From: Octopus bimaculoides
Lineage: Eukaryota
NCBI RefSeq assembly: GCF_001194135.2
Contig: NC_068983.1
Location: forward strand, 10,554,438-10,606,086
DNA: 51,649 bases
Reading direction: 5' to 3'
The stretch's first letter is position 1. Each line of letters opens with the position of its first letter. Below the pieces are notes generated by a model, which worked only from the letters and a program-made list of their open reading frames with translations, ran no database searches and had not been told where the DNA came from. Shown here in pieces: positions 1 through 12,904 of this stretch. A program made the translations under genes and the position numbers.

Positions 1-295
1 GAAAGTGTAACTGCTAGAATAAGAATAGCCTGGGCCAAGTTTAGAGAGCTCTTACCGCTGCTGGCGACAAAGGGACTCTCACTCAGGGTAAAAGGCAGAC
101 TGTATGACGTATGTGTACGAACAGCCATGCTACATGGCAGTGAAACATGGGCTGTGACTGCTGAGGACATGCGTAAGCTCGCAAGGAATGAAGCCAGTAT
201 GCTCCGCTGGATGTGTAATGTAAATGTGCATACCCATCAGAGTGTAAGTATCTTGAGAGAAAAGCTGAACATAAGAAGCGTCAGTAGTGGTGTTG
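1..295 (+). mobile_element. RTE-clade non-LTR retrotransposon ORF fragment (RT thumb / C-terminal region)
   Basis: Frame 1 is open from base 1: ARIRIAWAKFRELLPLL...KGRLYDVCVRTAMLHGSETW...EASMLRWMCNV. A degenerate relative lies at 37335-37700. Confidence 0.85.
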
Positions 296-509
296 AAATT
301 ATGAACCACTTCTATCTAGCAGTTTAGTTTGAGCAATATTTGGGTCAGCTGTGAATAACAAACAACACTTCACATAGAAGGATTAATTACAAGTACAGTA
401 ATAGCCCATATAACAATTTATTATAACAACATAACGTATCAAATTAACATAAGAGGTTACTGTTATGTTACTTTAATATTTTATAATAATAGTATATTAT
501 ATAGTAATA

Positions 510-830
510 TGTGAAGGTGTGTGGCTAAGTGGTTAGAGTTTTTGGTTCATAATCATAAGGCTGTGAGTTCAATTTCTGGCAGTATGTTGTGTCCTTGAGC
601 AAGACACTTTATTTCATGTTGCTCCAATCCTCTCAGCTGGCAAAAATGGGTCGTGCCTGTAATTCAAAGGGTTAGTCTTGTCACCCTCTCCCTGAGAACT
701 ATACTAAGGGTACACCTGTTTGTGGAGTGCTCAGTCACTTGCATGTTAATTCCATGAATAGGCTGTTTTGTTGAACAGGTCAAGTGAGACACTCATTGTA
801 ACCAATGGAATGCTTGTTATAATAACATAA
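510..830 (+). mobile_element. Degenerate SINE with CORE-like centre and family C 3' tail
   Basis: tggctaagtggttag and gagttcaatt head, gtgtccttgagcaagacactt centre, and a tail gtgcctgtaattcaaaggg...gagaact...ggagtgctcag shared with 29100-29290. Confidence 0.75.
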
Positions 831-840
831 ACAACAATAT

Positions 841-1180
841 CATCATCATCATCATCATCATCGTTTAACATCCGCTTTCCATACTATCATGGGTTGGACG
901 ATTTGACTGAGGACTGGTGAACCAGAAGGCTACACCAGGCTCCAATCTGATCTGGCAGAGTTTCTACAGCTGGATGCCCTTCCTAACGCCAACCACTCCG
1001 AGAGTGTAGTGGGTGCTTTTACATGCCACTGGCATGAAGGCCAGTCAGGCGGGTACTGGCAACGGCCACGCTCGAAGGCCAGGCAGGCGGGTACTGGCAA
1101 CGGCCACGCTCGAAATGGTGTATTTTACGTGCCACCTGCACAGGAGCCAGTCCAAAAGCACTGGCAACAATCTCACTCGG
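841..1180 (-). mobile_element. Family B retro-element (RTE 3' UTR-derived) with ATAT target-site duplication
   Basis: (GAT)n tail, ccatgctagcatgg palindrome and ggcgttaggaagggcatccagctgtag core. ATAT at 837-840 and 1181-1184. An empty paralogous site lies at 6167-6170. Confidence 0.9.
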
Positions 1181-2855
1181 ATATATAACACTATATTATT
1201 ACCTACCGGCCTGTTGCCAAACTTTGGTACCTGGAGGTGCTTCGGAATACTCTGGGTGGGCACTAATTTGTATTGTGGGAAGGTTTTTGTAAACTGTATT
1301 TTCTAAATTTGAGAGTGCACCAACAAACAACGAGGATGCAGAGCTGTCCAATGCCCCGTCACACCTTAATGATGATCACATAGTAATATAATTGTCATCA
1401 AAAGGCAGTGAGTAGGCAGAATCATTACCATAGCAACATTTCATCTGTCTTTACATTCTGAGTTCAAATTCCACTGAGGTCTTACCATGAGAAAAAATCT
1501 CATATTGGCTTTTGTTGCATAAAAGCACTCTTGTCTAGATTGTTAACAGGGAGATAAATGCTCACTGGTCCTGTGACCACCGGATCACGTGATTTCGGTT
1601 TTCCTTGGCCTTGTCAGTGGTGGACACTCAGTTGCTGGAGATAGCAGCAATGTATCTCTGTTAATGGTATATAGGATCATATAGAAAGCCAATATGAAAA
1701 TTTCTTTCATGGTAACTACTGCAATATTCTGTGTGCTAAGACGGCAACATCCACTTTTAAGTGGAGATAAATATACCTTTTGGTATTAATACTGCTTCTG
1801 TTGCTATTAATTATTTTTTAATGATAATAGTGTATTAATAATCAACAGCAACTCTAAATGATTAAATGATTACAAAAGTAAGCAGACAAGCTAATGAATC
1901 ATACTGGTTAAGCAACTGAATTAAAACATGAAGGTATGTCAGACGTGTATCTCTCAACGCATTTGCAACTGGTACAACTAGAATGATACACAATTGCTTC
2001 TGTGAAGGTAAAAAACAAGCTATCTTATATGATTAAAGATTAGGTACATTCTAGAATATAGCAATACTTGGGTCTACAAATATTGTGAGACCATCTCACA
2101 AAAATACTTGTTAACCACAGATATTTACATGGAAAATCTTCTGTTTTGCACTCTTTTTTTTTTTTGACATATATTGTTTCTATAACAGCATAGCCATCAA
2201 CAACAATTTTGAGGTCAGGTGTTTAGTCAATACTGCTGGCCTAAGGCTATAGTGGATGACATTTACCCAAGGTGCCACACAGCGGGACTAAACCTGGACC
2301 CATGTAGCTGGGAAGCAAACTTCTTACCACACAGCCACACCTGTGATTATATAAATTTATAGTAAGCAGATCCATCAAATCTAAGCCAAATATAATTTCA
2401 AGATGAAGTATAGTGATAATAGTACAAGTTAATATTTATGCCCACTTAAAAGTGCATGTTGTGTGTGACTCTAGTGCTTGATTGGTACCTTATTTCATTT
2501 ATCCCTAAGGGATGAAAGACAAAGTTGACATTGGTGGGATTTGAATTCAGAATGTAAACAGCTGAAACAAATACCACAAGGCATTATTTCTGATGTTGTA
2601 ATGATTCTGTCAACTCACCAATATTAATAATAAAGGTTTCAAATTTTGGCACAAGGTGCACAATTTATTTTGGGTGGGGGGGTATAAGTTGATTACATCA
2701 ACCCCAGTGCTCAACTGCTACTTGTTTTACTGACCCTGAAAGAATGAAAGGCAAAGTTGACCTCAGTGGAATCTGAACTCGGAATATAAAAGATGAACAA
2801 AATGCCATGAAGTATTTTTTCCAGTGTACTAACAATTCTACAAGGCCACCACCTT

Positions 2856-3055
2856 AGAAGAAGAAGGAGAAGGAGAAGAAGAAGGGAGAAGAAGAAGAAA
2901 AAGGAGAAGAAGAAGAAGTGAGAAGAAGAAGAAGAAGAAGAAAAGGAAGAATAGGAAGAAGAAGAAGAATAGGAAGAAGAAGAAGAATAGGAAGAAGAAG
3001 AAGAATAGGAAGAAGAAGAAGAAGAAGAGGAAGAAGAAGAAGCAGAGGAAGAAGA

Positions 3056-3086
<31 letters not shown>

Positions 3087-3151
3087 TAGGAAGAAGAAGA
3101 AGAAGAAGAAGAGATGATGATGATGATGATGATGATAATAATAATAATAAT
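2856..3151. repeat. Compound microsatellite (AAG/AGG)n-(GAT)n-(AAT)n
   Basis: Seen directly. Explains ORFs 2711..3211 and 2918..3163. Confidence 0.97.
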
Positions 3152-3589
3152 TTCCACTGCTGATGTCACCATTGCCCTTTCAGTGTCTACATTCCATTTC
3201 CGTGTTGACATAGGTTCAAAAGGATCTGATGTCTTGTTTAGGCATGGTTTCCATGGTTACACATCTTTCCCAATGCCATGCATGGTTTTCCAAAGACGGT
3301 TGGGTTTTCTGCAGCACTGCATGTCACCAATTAATTCAGTCCTTTGTTATCTCTTCTGTAAGACGCAGCATCTTTGGGCACAAGGCCAGTAGCGGAGGGT
3401 GAGGGGTTAGTCGACTGAATTACCTTTAGTACTTGACTAGTACTTTTTTTATTTTTTTTTATCAATCCTGGAAAGATTAAAGACGAAGATGACTTCATCA
3501 CAATAGACTTGGAGGAGTTTCTTGTACCATCTATAAACATTGCACTATTTTTGTTTTAGTTACCATACTATGTAATTTTATTTAGCTAA

Positions 3590-4163
3590 CTGGCCGTTGC
3601 CAGTACATCCTGACTGGCCTTCGTAGGATTTTCAAGCAAGATCGTTGCCAGTGTCCCTGGACTGGCTCTAGTGTGGGTGGCACATAAAATACACCATTTT
3701 GAGCTTGGCTGTTGCCAGTACCGCCTGACTGGCCTTCGTAGGATTTTCGAGTGAGATTGTTGCCAGTGCCCCTGGACTGGCTCTTGTGTGGGTGGCACAT
3801 AAAATACACCATTTTGAGCGTGGCCGTTGCCAGTACCGCCTGACTGGCCTTCGTAGGATTTTCGAGCGAGATCGTTGTCAGTGCCCCTGGACTGGCTCTA
3901 GTGTGGGTGGCACATAAAATACACCATTTTGAGCGTGGCTGTTGCCAGTACTGCCTGACTTGCCTTCGTGCGGGTGACACGTAAAAACACCCACTACACT
4001 CTGAGTGGTTGGCGTTAGGAAGGGCATCCAGCTGTAGAAACTCTGCCAAATCAGATTGGAGGCTGGTGTTGCCATCCGGTTTCACCAGTCCTCAGTCAAA
4101 TCGTCCAACCCATGCTAGCATGGAAAGCGGACGTTAAACGATGATGATGATGATGATGATGAC
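3590..4163 (+). mobile_element. Family B copy with three 115-bp tandem units
   Basis: Unit starts near 3590, 3705, 3820 and 3935 (period 115), then the common core and (GAT)n tail. Confidence 0.92.
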
Positions 4164-5313
4164 ATAAGGAACCAGAACAAACACTGCAAGGCATTTTGTC
4201 TGATTTTCTACTGAGTTTGTCACCACCACCTAAGAATAATAATAAAAATAATCCTTTCTACTATAGGTAGAAGACCTGAAATTTTGGGGAAGAGGGGACG
4301 TTGACAATATTGATCCCAGTGCTCAGCTGGTTCTCATTTCATCGATTCCAAAAGGACGAAAGGGGGAAAAAAAAAAAATCGACTTTGGTAGAATTTGAAC
4401 TTAGAACACCAAGATGGATAATATGCCTCTAAGCAGTTTGTCCACAGTGTTAACAGTTCAGACAGCTTGCCACAGCAATAACAACAATTAGTTGTTTTTT
4501 TTTTAAATAATAGAATGTCAAATAAGTGAAGCAGTTACACAAAGAAAAGAATCCCATGTCAAACAGCTAAATTAGAGCACTATAAATTATGTAGGTCAGG
4601 GGAGAGGGATAGCTGGCAGTGACTTGTGTAAGTAGAGGTTTCATGCCTTTGGAAATACATTGACCTTCAATTGTGTTGCCACCCCAACAGTTACTGGACC
4701 TACAAGAAGCAACTGTTAATTCTCCCTCGAATCATATCCTACCATCTTGAAAAAAGGCACACAAAGGATATTGTAGTAACACAAGATTTACTATATTACT
4801 AAATGAAACCCAATAAACAAGATAATCATCAACTGGAGTATCATTGAAAAATAAACCTGCTCTATTATAGCACCCCTGAAACAAAACAACAGATGCAAGA
4901 GTGGGGATGACTAGTCATATTTGCAAGTGAATTACATGAGAACTAGCATAGTTCACTATATATATATTCTCCATGATTATTTATTAATCAAGCTCTCGGT
5001 CTAGGTTATAGTTCAGTCTGACATTGGACAGGCATGGCTGATTATAATTCGTCATGTCTCTGTTGTGTCAGGTTCACTCTATGACAACAGTTGACGTGGA
5101 AGAGTGAGAATTATCCATATAAACATATCTACCTTGATGTTAATAGAACACAGTAGGGCTACTGACATATATCACCACACTAACATTTAAAAACAAAAAT
5201 CAATAACTGAAAAAGGAAGGAAAATAACAAAATAAAAATCAATGCAGAATATATGGCAAAGAAACAAAAAAACAAAACAAAAACACTCAGTACATTATTG
5301 TGAATGAACTAAC

Positions 5314-5471
5314 CTTTATCTCAACTCCAGCTGGTACCACAATAGGTCGGAAAGACAATGAATGAGGGCAGATGGGGGTTATCATGATGGAAGGGACACT
5401 AGGATGCATCATAGAGGCACCTGCGGCAACAGCATAGGCTGTACTTCCGGTAGGAGTAGATATAATAATAC
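5314..5471 (-). CDS. NADK: NAD kinase exon ([53 protein letters not shown])
   Basis: Inside ORF 5287..5484. STPTGSTAY and [12 protein letters not shown] signature. Acceptor atttttcag, donor gttagt. 158 nt. Downstream exons were not found in 1-5313. Confidence 0.98.
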
Positions 5472-5641
5472 CTGAAAAATTCAATCAACAAATTTCTTGT
5501 AACTTTTTTTCTCTTTTTTCTTTATCATTAATAACATTATACCTTATATACTAATAACATTATACTTTACAAGAAACAATTTAAGACAAAAAAAAGTGAC
5601 CTGTTCATTGATAAGCCCCCAACTCGTTCTTAATTTAGTTA

Positions 5642-5860
5642 TACAAGGGGGTTCCTGGCTTTGGGTAAAAGAAAATACAAGAGGATCAGTAAATTATCTA
5701 ATCATAATTTTATTCAACATATTCCCCTCTTAGATTCACACACTTATTGCAGTGGTCCTTCAGTTTTTCTAAGCCCTGTAAAAGAACTTAGAAGGTTCGG
5801 CCTCCGACCAAGCCTTTTCTGAAACCTTTAAAGCCAGGCATTTTTCAGCACCCCTTTGTA
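5642..5860. mobile_element. Mariner-type MITE
   Basis: Termini tacaagggggttcctggcttt and aaagccaggcatttttcagcacccctttgta are inverted, with the left one partly deleted. TA ends. Confidence 0.7.
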
Positions 5861-6704
5861 CAAATCATTTTTTTTCTACTATGATTATTTAAAAAAATTC
5901 CTCTTTTTATCTTTACAGTCAGTCAGTTACTTAGACAAGCATCAAAGATTAAACTGCATGTGTGTGTGTGTGTGTTATATAGACGAATGTTGTAACTGGT
6001 GAATATGTCATATACGACTATGTTGAACTTAGTAGTTAGTTCATTCATAATTGTAGGAGATTAAACAAAAAGATGAAAATTCCTTAATGAGTAGGCTGTT
6101 TTGTCAAACAGGTCAACTGAGACACTCATTGTAACCAATGAAATGTCAGTTATAATAACATAAACAATATATAACTCTATATTATTACATACAGGCCTGT
6201 TGCCAGACTTTGGTACCTGGAGGTACAAAATGCCATGAAGCATTTTTCCCAGTGTACATTGTTATACAAGCCAACACAGAAATCTTTAAGTAGTCACATG
6301 AACAATTGCGGATGCTCCTGCTTGGCCATTCAAACAAATGAGCAGTCTAAGTGCATATGAAGGAAGTCTCTATGCAATTGCATGAGCCAATGAGACAACT
6401 CCTATGAGGTCACAATAAGCCAACCATTCCATAATTGTACAAACCAAGATGAACATCCTTTATACAGTCACTTAGTCCATAATGGAAAACCTGCAGGAGT
6501 CGTATGAGACAACAAGGAAGCTTCTAAGTGGTTACACTACCTGCTAAAATAACTCAAACCCCATCTTCTACCATTATAAAAAAGAAGGGATACGTTGGAT
6601 AATGTAATGCTTGATATACAAAAATAATGACAGTCATGGCTTGAATATCTTAGACCTGAGGTTAAACAATAGTAACAAGAACAAGAACAAGAACAACAAC
6701 TCAC

Positions 6705-6804
6705 CATCACCTTGTACAGATGTCACTAAATGTCGCTCTACATACAAATCCAGATTACACAAATAGGGAGATAATCCTCGGTCAAGAACAACTTCATTCA
6801 GTAC
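6705..6804 (-). CDS. NADK: NAD kinase exon (VLNEVVLDRGLSPYLCNLDLYVERHLVTSVQGD)
   Basis: Inside ORF 6634..6852. NE and QGDG motifs. Acceptor atcacttccag, donor gtgagt. 100 nt, phase 0 to 1. Confidence 0.97.
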
Positions 6805-7199
6805 CTGGAAGTGATTAAAAAGAGATGCTATAAGTTTATTTAATGGGAACATCTGTAAGTTGGAGAGGTAGGATCTAATTGCTTCTACAAGTGTCTATAA
6901 AGTACACAAGTCGTTAAAGAATCCATAGGGAAGAAGGAGTTCAACTTTAGTTCTCTACCTGGATATGTCACTAAACTGTCCTGAGTAGTTTTCCCCACAG
7001 GCAGACTTGATCATCAAGATTGCCACTGAGTAAACCTTAGTGTTGCCACTGGTTATAAAGGTGAACCATACAACCTGTATCAACAAAGGATGTCTATGCA
7101 TTCGTGATACAGATAGCAGCCAAATCTCCCTCAAATAAAACATCCTATACATTTTTTTTAAAGGATACAATGGATAATGTAGTTCTAGATGAAATAAGG

Positions 7200-8510
7200 C
7201 TAAATAGAAGATAGGACAGTCACAACTGGAACATTTTTCACATTGGTCAGCTCAATCGGGAGGAAGGTTTTACATTTGTGTTTTTGACCCTTTTGTTAGT
7301 CAGCCAACCCTACATACATCATTCGTAATGGTAATTTCAAAGATAGGTGAAGTTTAACTTTAATTTGTTTATTAACACTGTGGTCTTGATAAACTGCTTT
7401 GAAGATCAAAGTTACTATCATCTGGGACCTTTCTATTAACATATCCATGCATAGTCTTCTACTCATATAGGCTCATCCTTTCATCTGATGATATGCTGCA
7501 GTAGCTGTGTGACTTCTTTGGGCATGTATTCTAGGTTATCAGACATAAAATGTTGCTCAAGGAGCTGCCTTCCAAGTCTTATGACATTATCAACCACATG
7601 TGTGCACACTTGGTCAAGGGATGCACTTCAACACTTGCTGGTTAAAAGATGTTGCTGAAAGGATATGATACAACATTCAAAGGCATTTTGGATTGATGTT
7701 AGGCTTCTTCCACTTCGTTTTCATTTTAGGTAGAGGTGGTCTATGTTTGTTTATGTGGAAATTATGTGTGCTTGTTGGTATTTTTGGGGTTTTCACATCA
7801 ATGGCTTGGATCTTATCAAGCATCTCATTAAGCAGCCCAAATGTTGGTATGAGTACTGGCACTGCAAACACATTGTGGGCTACTGTTTTATTGAATGCAG
7901 AGAGTTCTGAGGTCCAAATTTTCTTTATTCGGCTAATAGTCTTTAGTGACATGTGTTTCGTTACAGGTGCTATTGCAAGATATATTTTCATCCACCCCTA
8001 GATACCTGTAACATTCCTCGTCAGATACAGGAGAAACAGTCAAATCATTGATAGAGATGTTGCTACTCTGGTTTATAGTTTTCCCCCTTTTCACAACCAT
8101 ATAACCACATTTAACCTGACCAGACTCCAACCCTACACCCTTTGAGAATGTTGTAACTAGGTCAAGGCTCTTTTTCATTTCATGCATATTCTTTGCATAA
8201 AGTTTTAAGTCATCCACAAAGAAGCGGTGTATAATTTTGGTATTTCTGTTTCCTTGTGAACTAGTGAGATCAGACTTCCTTAACATGAATGACAAGAGGT
8301 TTACTGAAAGTGTAAACATCACAGAGAGAGACTGTCTCCTTGGATAATACAGTCACTCTTTGTGTTTAATTTCAAGATGGTGACCCACGATAAAGTCAGA
8401 TCAGCTATGGCTTTGACTATGTTCACTGGAACTTTAGCAAGTTGAAGGGCTTCTAGCATCCCTGAGTGGGGAACAGAGTCAAGGCAATATTTCCCCCTGG
8501 GCCAGTCATG
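7200..8510 (-). mobile_element. Degenerate Dong/R4-clade (RLE-type) non-LTR retrotransposon RT and downstream region
   Basis: Remnants in order: DSVPHS, IIQGDSLS..F, FFVDDLKLYAK, KCG, YRYLGV, RIKKIWTSELSAFNKTVAHN.FAVPV, MHG, QD and a zinc-knuckle-like stretch. ORFs 7933..8322 and 7677..7991. Confidence 0.85.
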
Positions 8511-9521
8511 TTTTTCATGGAGGACTGGAAATGAACAACTTCATTGCATGATGGTGATACTCATTTACAACCATCATGTGATGTCTAGACAAGGGTGTGG
8601 CACCCTGGGCAAGTGTCTCTTCTACTATACTCTTGGGCAGACCAAAGCCCTGTGAATGGATTTGGTAGATGGAAACTGAAAGAAGCCTGTCATATATATA
8701 TACATCTACGTGTGTCTTTGTGCCTGTATTTGTCCCCAACAACCGGTCAACCTTTTTTCTCTTCTCAATTCTGTTCTTTATGTCCATCTGAGAATTTCTC
8801 CCAGGTGTTAATTAATCGTTCTCATGTTTGGACCCAAGGCTATATTTATTTATTGTCTTTGTCCATCGTTTCAAATTACTGTTGTTTACTTTCGTATGTC
8901 CATCCTGTATTATTTTGTTTGCTCAAGGCCTAATTCTCTGCAAATCTTGCAGGTGCCGCTGATATACAAAGTTCCTGGTCTTATCAATAAAGGCATGAAA
9001 CTAGGTATTAGTATTTTTTGGTCGATAACTAAAGTATTAGGGTTCTGGTGTCTGTCCTACATATATGTTTTGTAGTATTTAATGCATTTTTCATCTGTGG
9101 AATAACTGAACACCACGTATCCCAACTTTTGTTAACAGTATATATATGTATGTGTGAGTGTGTGTATGTGCATGAGTGCATATTTGTACAGTGAAACTGC
9201 TTGGAAAAAACGTAATTAAAATCACACTGGTTCAACAAAAAGAGATTGGCTAAGTACAAGATTTAAAAAGAAGTACTGGACATCCAGTTTGTGTCGCAGC
9301 ATAGCTACAGTCCAACAACCGAAACAAGTAAAAGAGGAAATAATATTCCCAGGACCCCAGGGTGGGAAGCACTGTTTTACAGTGTTTTGGATGGAATGCT
9401 TTTGAACAAGGATCTGTTGGATTAGAACTCTGCAATAAAGCAAAGCAGCAGCAAAAAGAAAAAAAAAAAGAGGAATTGGTTAAGAACACAATTTTACATA
9501 AAGCAAAAGACAGAATCTAAC

Positions 9522-9616
9522 CAGAATATTCTTCCAGTCACTCTTTTTTGACAGTTCCGTACCAGCTTTACAGACAATACATTCCAGTCGACTTCGAAGT
9601 AGTAAAGTAGCGTTAC
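9522..9616 (-). CDS. NADK: NAD kinase exon (GNATLLLRSRLECIVCKAGTELSKKSDWKNIL)
   Basis: Manual translation. LRSRL motif. Acceptor ttctcatctaaag, donor gttaga. 95 nt, phase 1 to 0. Confidence 0.93.
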
Positions 9617-9807
9617 CTTTAGATGAGAACAAATCAGTATTAGTTTATAGTGGATATATCAAAGGGGGCAGTACAAATAGGGAACAGGTAAACTAGATAT
9701 CTCACAATAAGTAAATAGATATTTGTCAGTTTTGATAATAAATATTCTAGGAGTTCAAATAACAGAACGATCTATTCTTGAATGGCAGTGTAAGTGGCCA
9801 AGTAGGT

Positions 9808-10332
9808 GCAGGCATGGCTGAGTGGTTAAGAAGCTTGCTTTGCAACAATGAGGTTTTGGGTTCAGTCCCACTGTGTGGCACCTTGGGCAAGTGTCCTCTA
9901 CTATAGCCCAGAGCCAACCAATAACTTGTGAGCGAATTTGAAGATGTGAACTATGAGGAAGCTCATTGCATATATATGTGTGTATGTGTGGTAAGTAGCT
10001 TGCTTACGAACCACATGGTTCCAGGTTCAGTCCCACTGTGTGGCACCTTGGGCAAGTGTCTTCTACTATAGCCTCGGGCTGACCAAAGCCTTGTGAGTGG
10101 ATTTGGTAGACGGAAACTGAAAGAAGCCCGTCGTATATGTGTGTGTGTGTGTGTGTTTGTGTTTGTTACCCCAACATTGCTTGACAACCAATGCTGGTGT
10201 GTTTACGTCCCCCGTAACATAGCGGTTCGGCAAAAGAGACTGATAGAATAAGTACTAGGCTTACAAAGAATAAGACCTGGGGTTGATTTGCTCGACTAAA
10301 GGCGGTGCTCCAGCATTGCCACAGTCAAATGA
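9808..10332 (+). mobile_element. Tandem family A SINEs (older 5' half plus younger near-complete copy)
   Basis: Two heads: 9808-9965 and one starting at tgtgtggtaagtagc near 9985, joined within the microsatellite. Confidence 0.85.
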
Positions 10333-11639
10333 CTGGAACAAGTAAAAAAGTAAACTCGAGACCTAATGATTGCAAAGCACACAGCAGTCTAGAGAGATAC
10401 ATACCTAAACTTACTGAGCAGCTAAAACACACCACTTATTTACACTCTTTTGTGATCCTTTAGAAATTCCATCACGGAAAAGGTGACACACCTAATTACT
10501 AAGTTTTTAAAGGGTGGACTAAACTTTCAACTTTAAACATTACAACGTCAAACCCAAAATGAGTAAAACTAGAGACACATCTGCTGACCAAAGCACTCCC
10601 TCTACCTACCTACATCCTTTTTGAGAATCACGAAAAATACCCATGACCTGAAGCTAACACACCTAAATATACACAGCTGTTTACAAAGTTCTACATGTAT
10701 GAATAAATTCTGAACAGTAACATAACCCCACATTTAATCAATAAAAATTTTCTCCACAATACATTTCCAACACATCTCACCTTACAAACTACTTACTATT
10801 CAAATGAACCTTACATACGCAAAATAAAAAAATAATTTTAAGAGTGACTATATAAAGTCAAAATTAACTTAAATGCATCACTTTGAAGTCACTATCATTC
10901 CATCTACTGAGTCCACTCACAAGTGGCCTGGGGCTACAATAGACAGCAGTTGCCTAAAGTACCATACAGTGAGATTGAACCTGAAACCTAGTGGTTGAGA
11001 AGTAAACTTCTTAATCATATAGTCATGTCAGCACCTATATATAAATATATATTTCTTGATAGTGTATGCTGGCACATACATGTAATTTTATTCACTTTCT
11101 TGCAATTATTTGGAGTAGGTTTCTAATCTGGGAGTCATTCTGATTGTCTATATTCCCTTCTGCACATGCCTTTGTTAGAATTCAGTATTTCTGACTGTTA
11201 ATTTACTGGTAATAAATAATATTTTAATTTATAAACATTATTGTTCTTCATTGTAAATAGGTTATTTTCTTTAGAACTAGAATTGTTTTCACAAGGAGCT
11301 ACCTTCTTAATCATTATCATGGTATTGCTTTCCAGTGGCCAATTTAGTGACTTCTGTTAATACTATATCCAGTTTCATTAAATTGATATTCTGTTGATTG
11401 CTATCTGTTGTCATATTTTTTTTCATTATTGTATGCTGTAACTCCAGTTTTTAAAAACTTACACTGACTATGAAAGAAAATGGCCCACTCCTTATTTCAG
11501 GTTTGAATGATTAATGTTTGAATGATTAATATTTGAATTCATGTTTGTTGTAAACATATCAAATCCCATGTCATATTGGGAAGTGGACACTGTAATGAGT
11601 GCAATAATCAAGTTTTATAACTAGTTTAAAGCCTTTCAT

Positions 11640-11825
11640 CTTGGTTGAAAAGAGGTAGGGCAACTTTCTGCACTCAATGCAATGACATATGGTGTCCTGC
11701 AGGGATCTGTTCTTAGTCCCATGTTATTTTTTATGTATATTAAATAAATAGTTGCCAACCTGAAGCATGGTTGCTGTGTTAAAATATGCAGATGACATTA
11801 AGCAGTATTTTCAAATAGAAAGAAT
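11640..11825 (+). mobile_element. CR1/L2-like LINE RT remnant
   Basis: GVLQGSVLSPMLF and KYADDIK motifs, degenerate. Confidence 0.65.
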
Positions 11826-12136
11826 GGATCCTGTATGCTATATCTATATTATAATGGAGAAAGCTACTTATTAATTAGATATGTAATAGTTATTAAAAGA
11901 AAGCAATTATTAAAAGATTGACCATCTGGAAATTTTTTTATAAATTCGTATTTCCAAGAAATTTCCTATAATTTCTATTTCTGAACTTTATTGAATTTTT
12001 GAACTTTAATTTTCCACAAATTTAAATATTTGTTGCATCCACTGCAGAGTATTCCATTTTCATTTGCAAAGTCTCTCACCCTCTATTTCAATGTTTTCAT
12101 TTCAAGCTTTAATTCGCTATTTGGAAAGAACCAAAT

Positions 12137-12581
12137 TCGATGACTGGCACCCGTGCCAGTGGAGCGCTAACAGCTCCATCCGAGCAGGGTCACTGCCAGA
12201 GCAGCTGTCTGGCTTCCGTGCCGGTAGCACGTAAAAAAGCACCATTTGAGCATGATCATTACCAGCATCGCCTTACTGGCACTTGTGGCGGTGGCATGTG
12301 AACAAAACATTGGACTGGCTCCTGTGCAGGTGGCACGTAAAAAACATCAATTGAGCGTGGCCGTTGCCAGTACCACCAGACTGGCCCTCGTGCCAGTGGC
12401 ACGTAAAAGCACCCACTACACTCTTGGAGTGGTTGGCGTCAGGAAGGGCATCGAGCTGTAGAAACTCTGCCAGATCAGATTGGAACCTGGTGCAGCCATC
12501 TGGTTCGCCAGTCCTCAGTCAAATCGTCCAACCCATGCTAGCATGGAAAGCGGACGTTAAACGACGATGATGATGATGATA
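12137..12581 (+). mobile_element. Family B copy (long, four module variants)
   Basis: Same core and tail as the other copies. 5' part matches the reverse complement of 17600-17690. Confidence 0.9.
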
Positions 12582-12904
12582 TACATAATAAGTCTCCTCA
12601 CCATGGTTTTGAAGTGCAAAAAAAAAAAATTGGCCAAAATAGGTCTGGAGTGAGATGATGACAAGACACAGTATCCTTCAAAAATTCCATGCTTCCTGAA
12701 ATTTGCCAATATTACTTCTAATGTATCTTTTCCACTTTAAACCTCTTTTAGTGTTTACTTTTCTGTCTTCTTCTGTTTTATACTGTGCACTATGCATGCA
12801 CTTTTGGTTAACATTGTTGTGTTTTTTTTTACTTATTGCTGTCATCCCTTCACCCTTATTTTTTAAATAAGTTGCAGTGCATTTGGGCACTACATACAAT
12901 AAGC

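Noticed and set aside
2371-2388. Minus-strand WLRFDG resembling the NADK WVSFDG of the expected next exon
   Set aside because: In-frame stops three codons upstream and shortly downstream, no usable splice sites and no other homology.
2711-3211. Long ORFs rich in S, R, I, L or N (also 2918..3163, 12678..13103, 12836..13429, 12856..13491, 12877..13386)
   Set aside because: They are translations of stop-free trinucleotide microsatellites.
3582-4085. Recurrent peptides such as MPVPPDWPSCQW and QEPVQGHWQ in many ORFs
   Set aside because: Translations of family B repeat DNA in various frames and strands, with no consistent frame or protein motif.
8824-9075. ORF starting MFGPKA (like NADK FGPKA), and YVGQT (GIY-YIG-like) on the opposite strand
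   Set aside because: Wrong strand and position for NADK. No further similarity and multiple stops for a GIY-YIG domain.
11000-11480. Possible APE endonuclease remnant on minus next to the plus-strand RT remnant, and a CR1-like 3' remnant near 10400-10700
   Set aside because: Only faint motif resemblance (LDIVLTE; TR.H), too degraded to call without a profile search.
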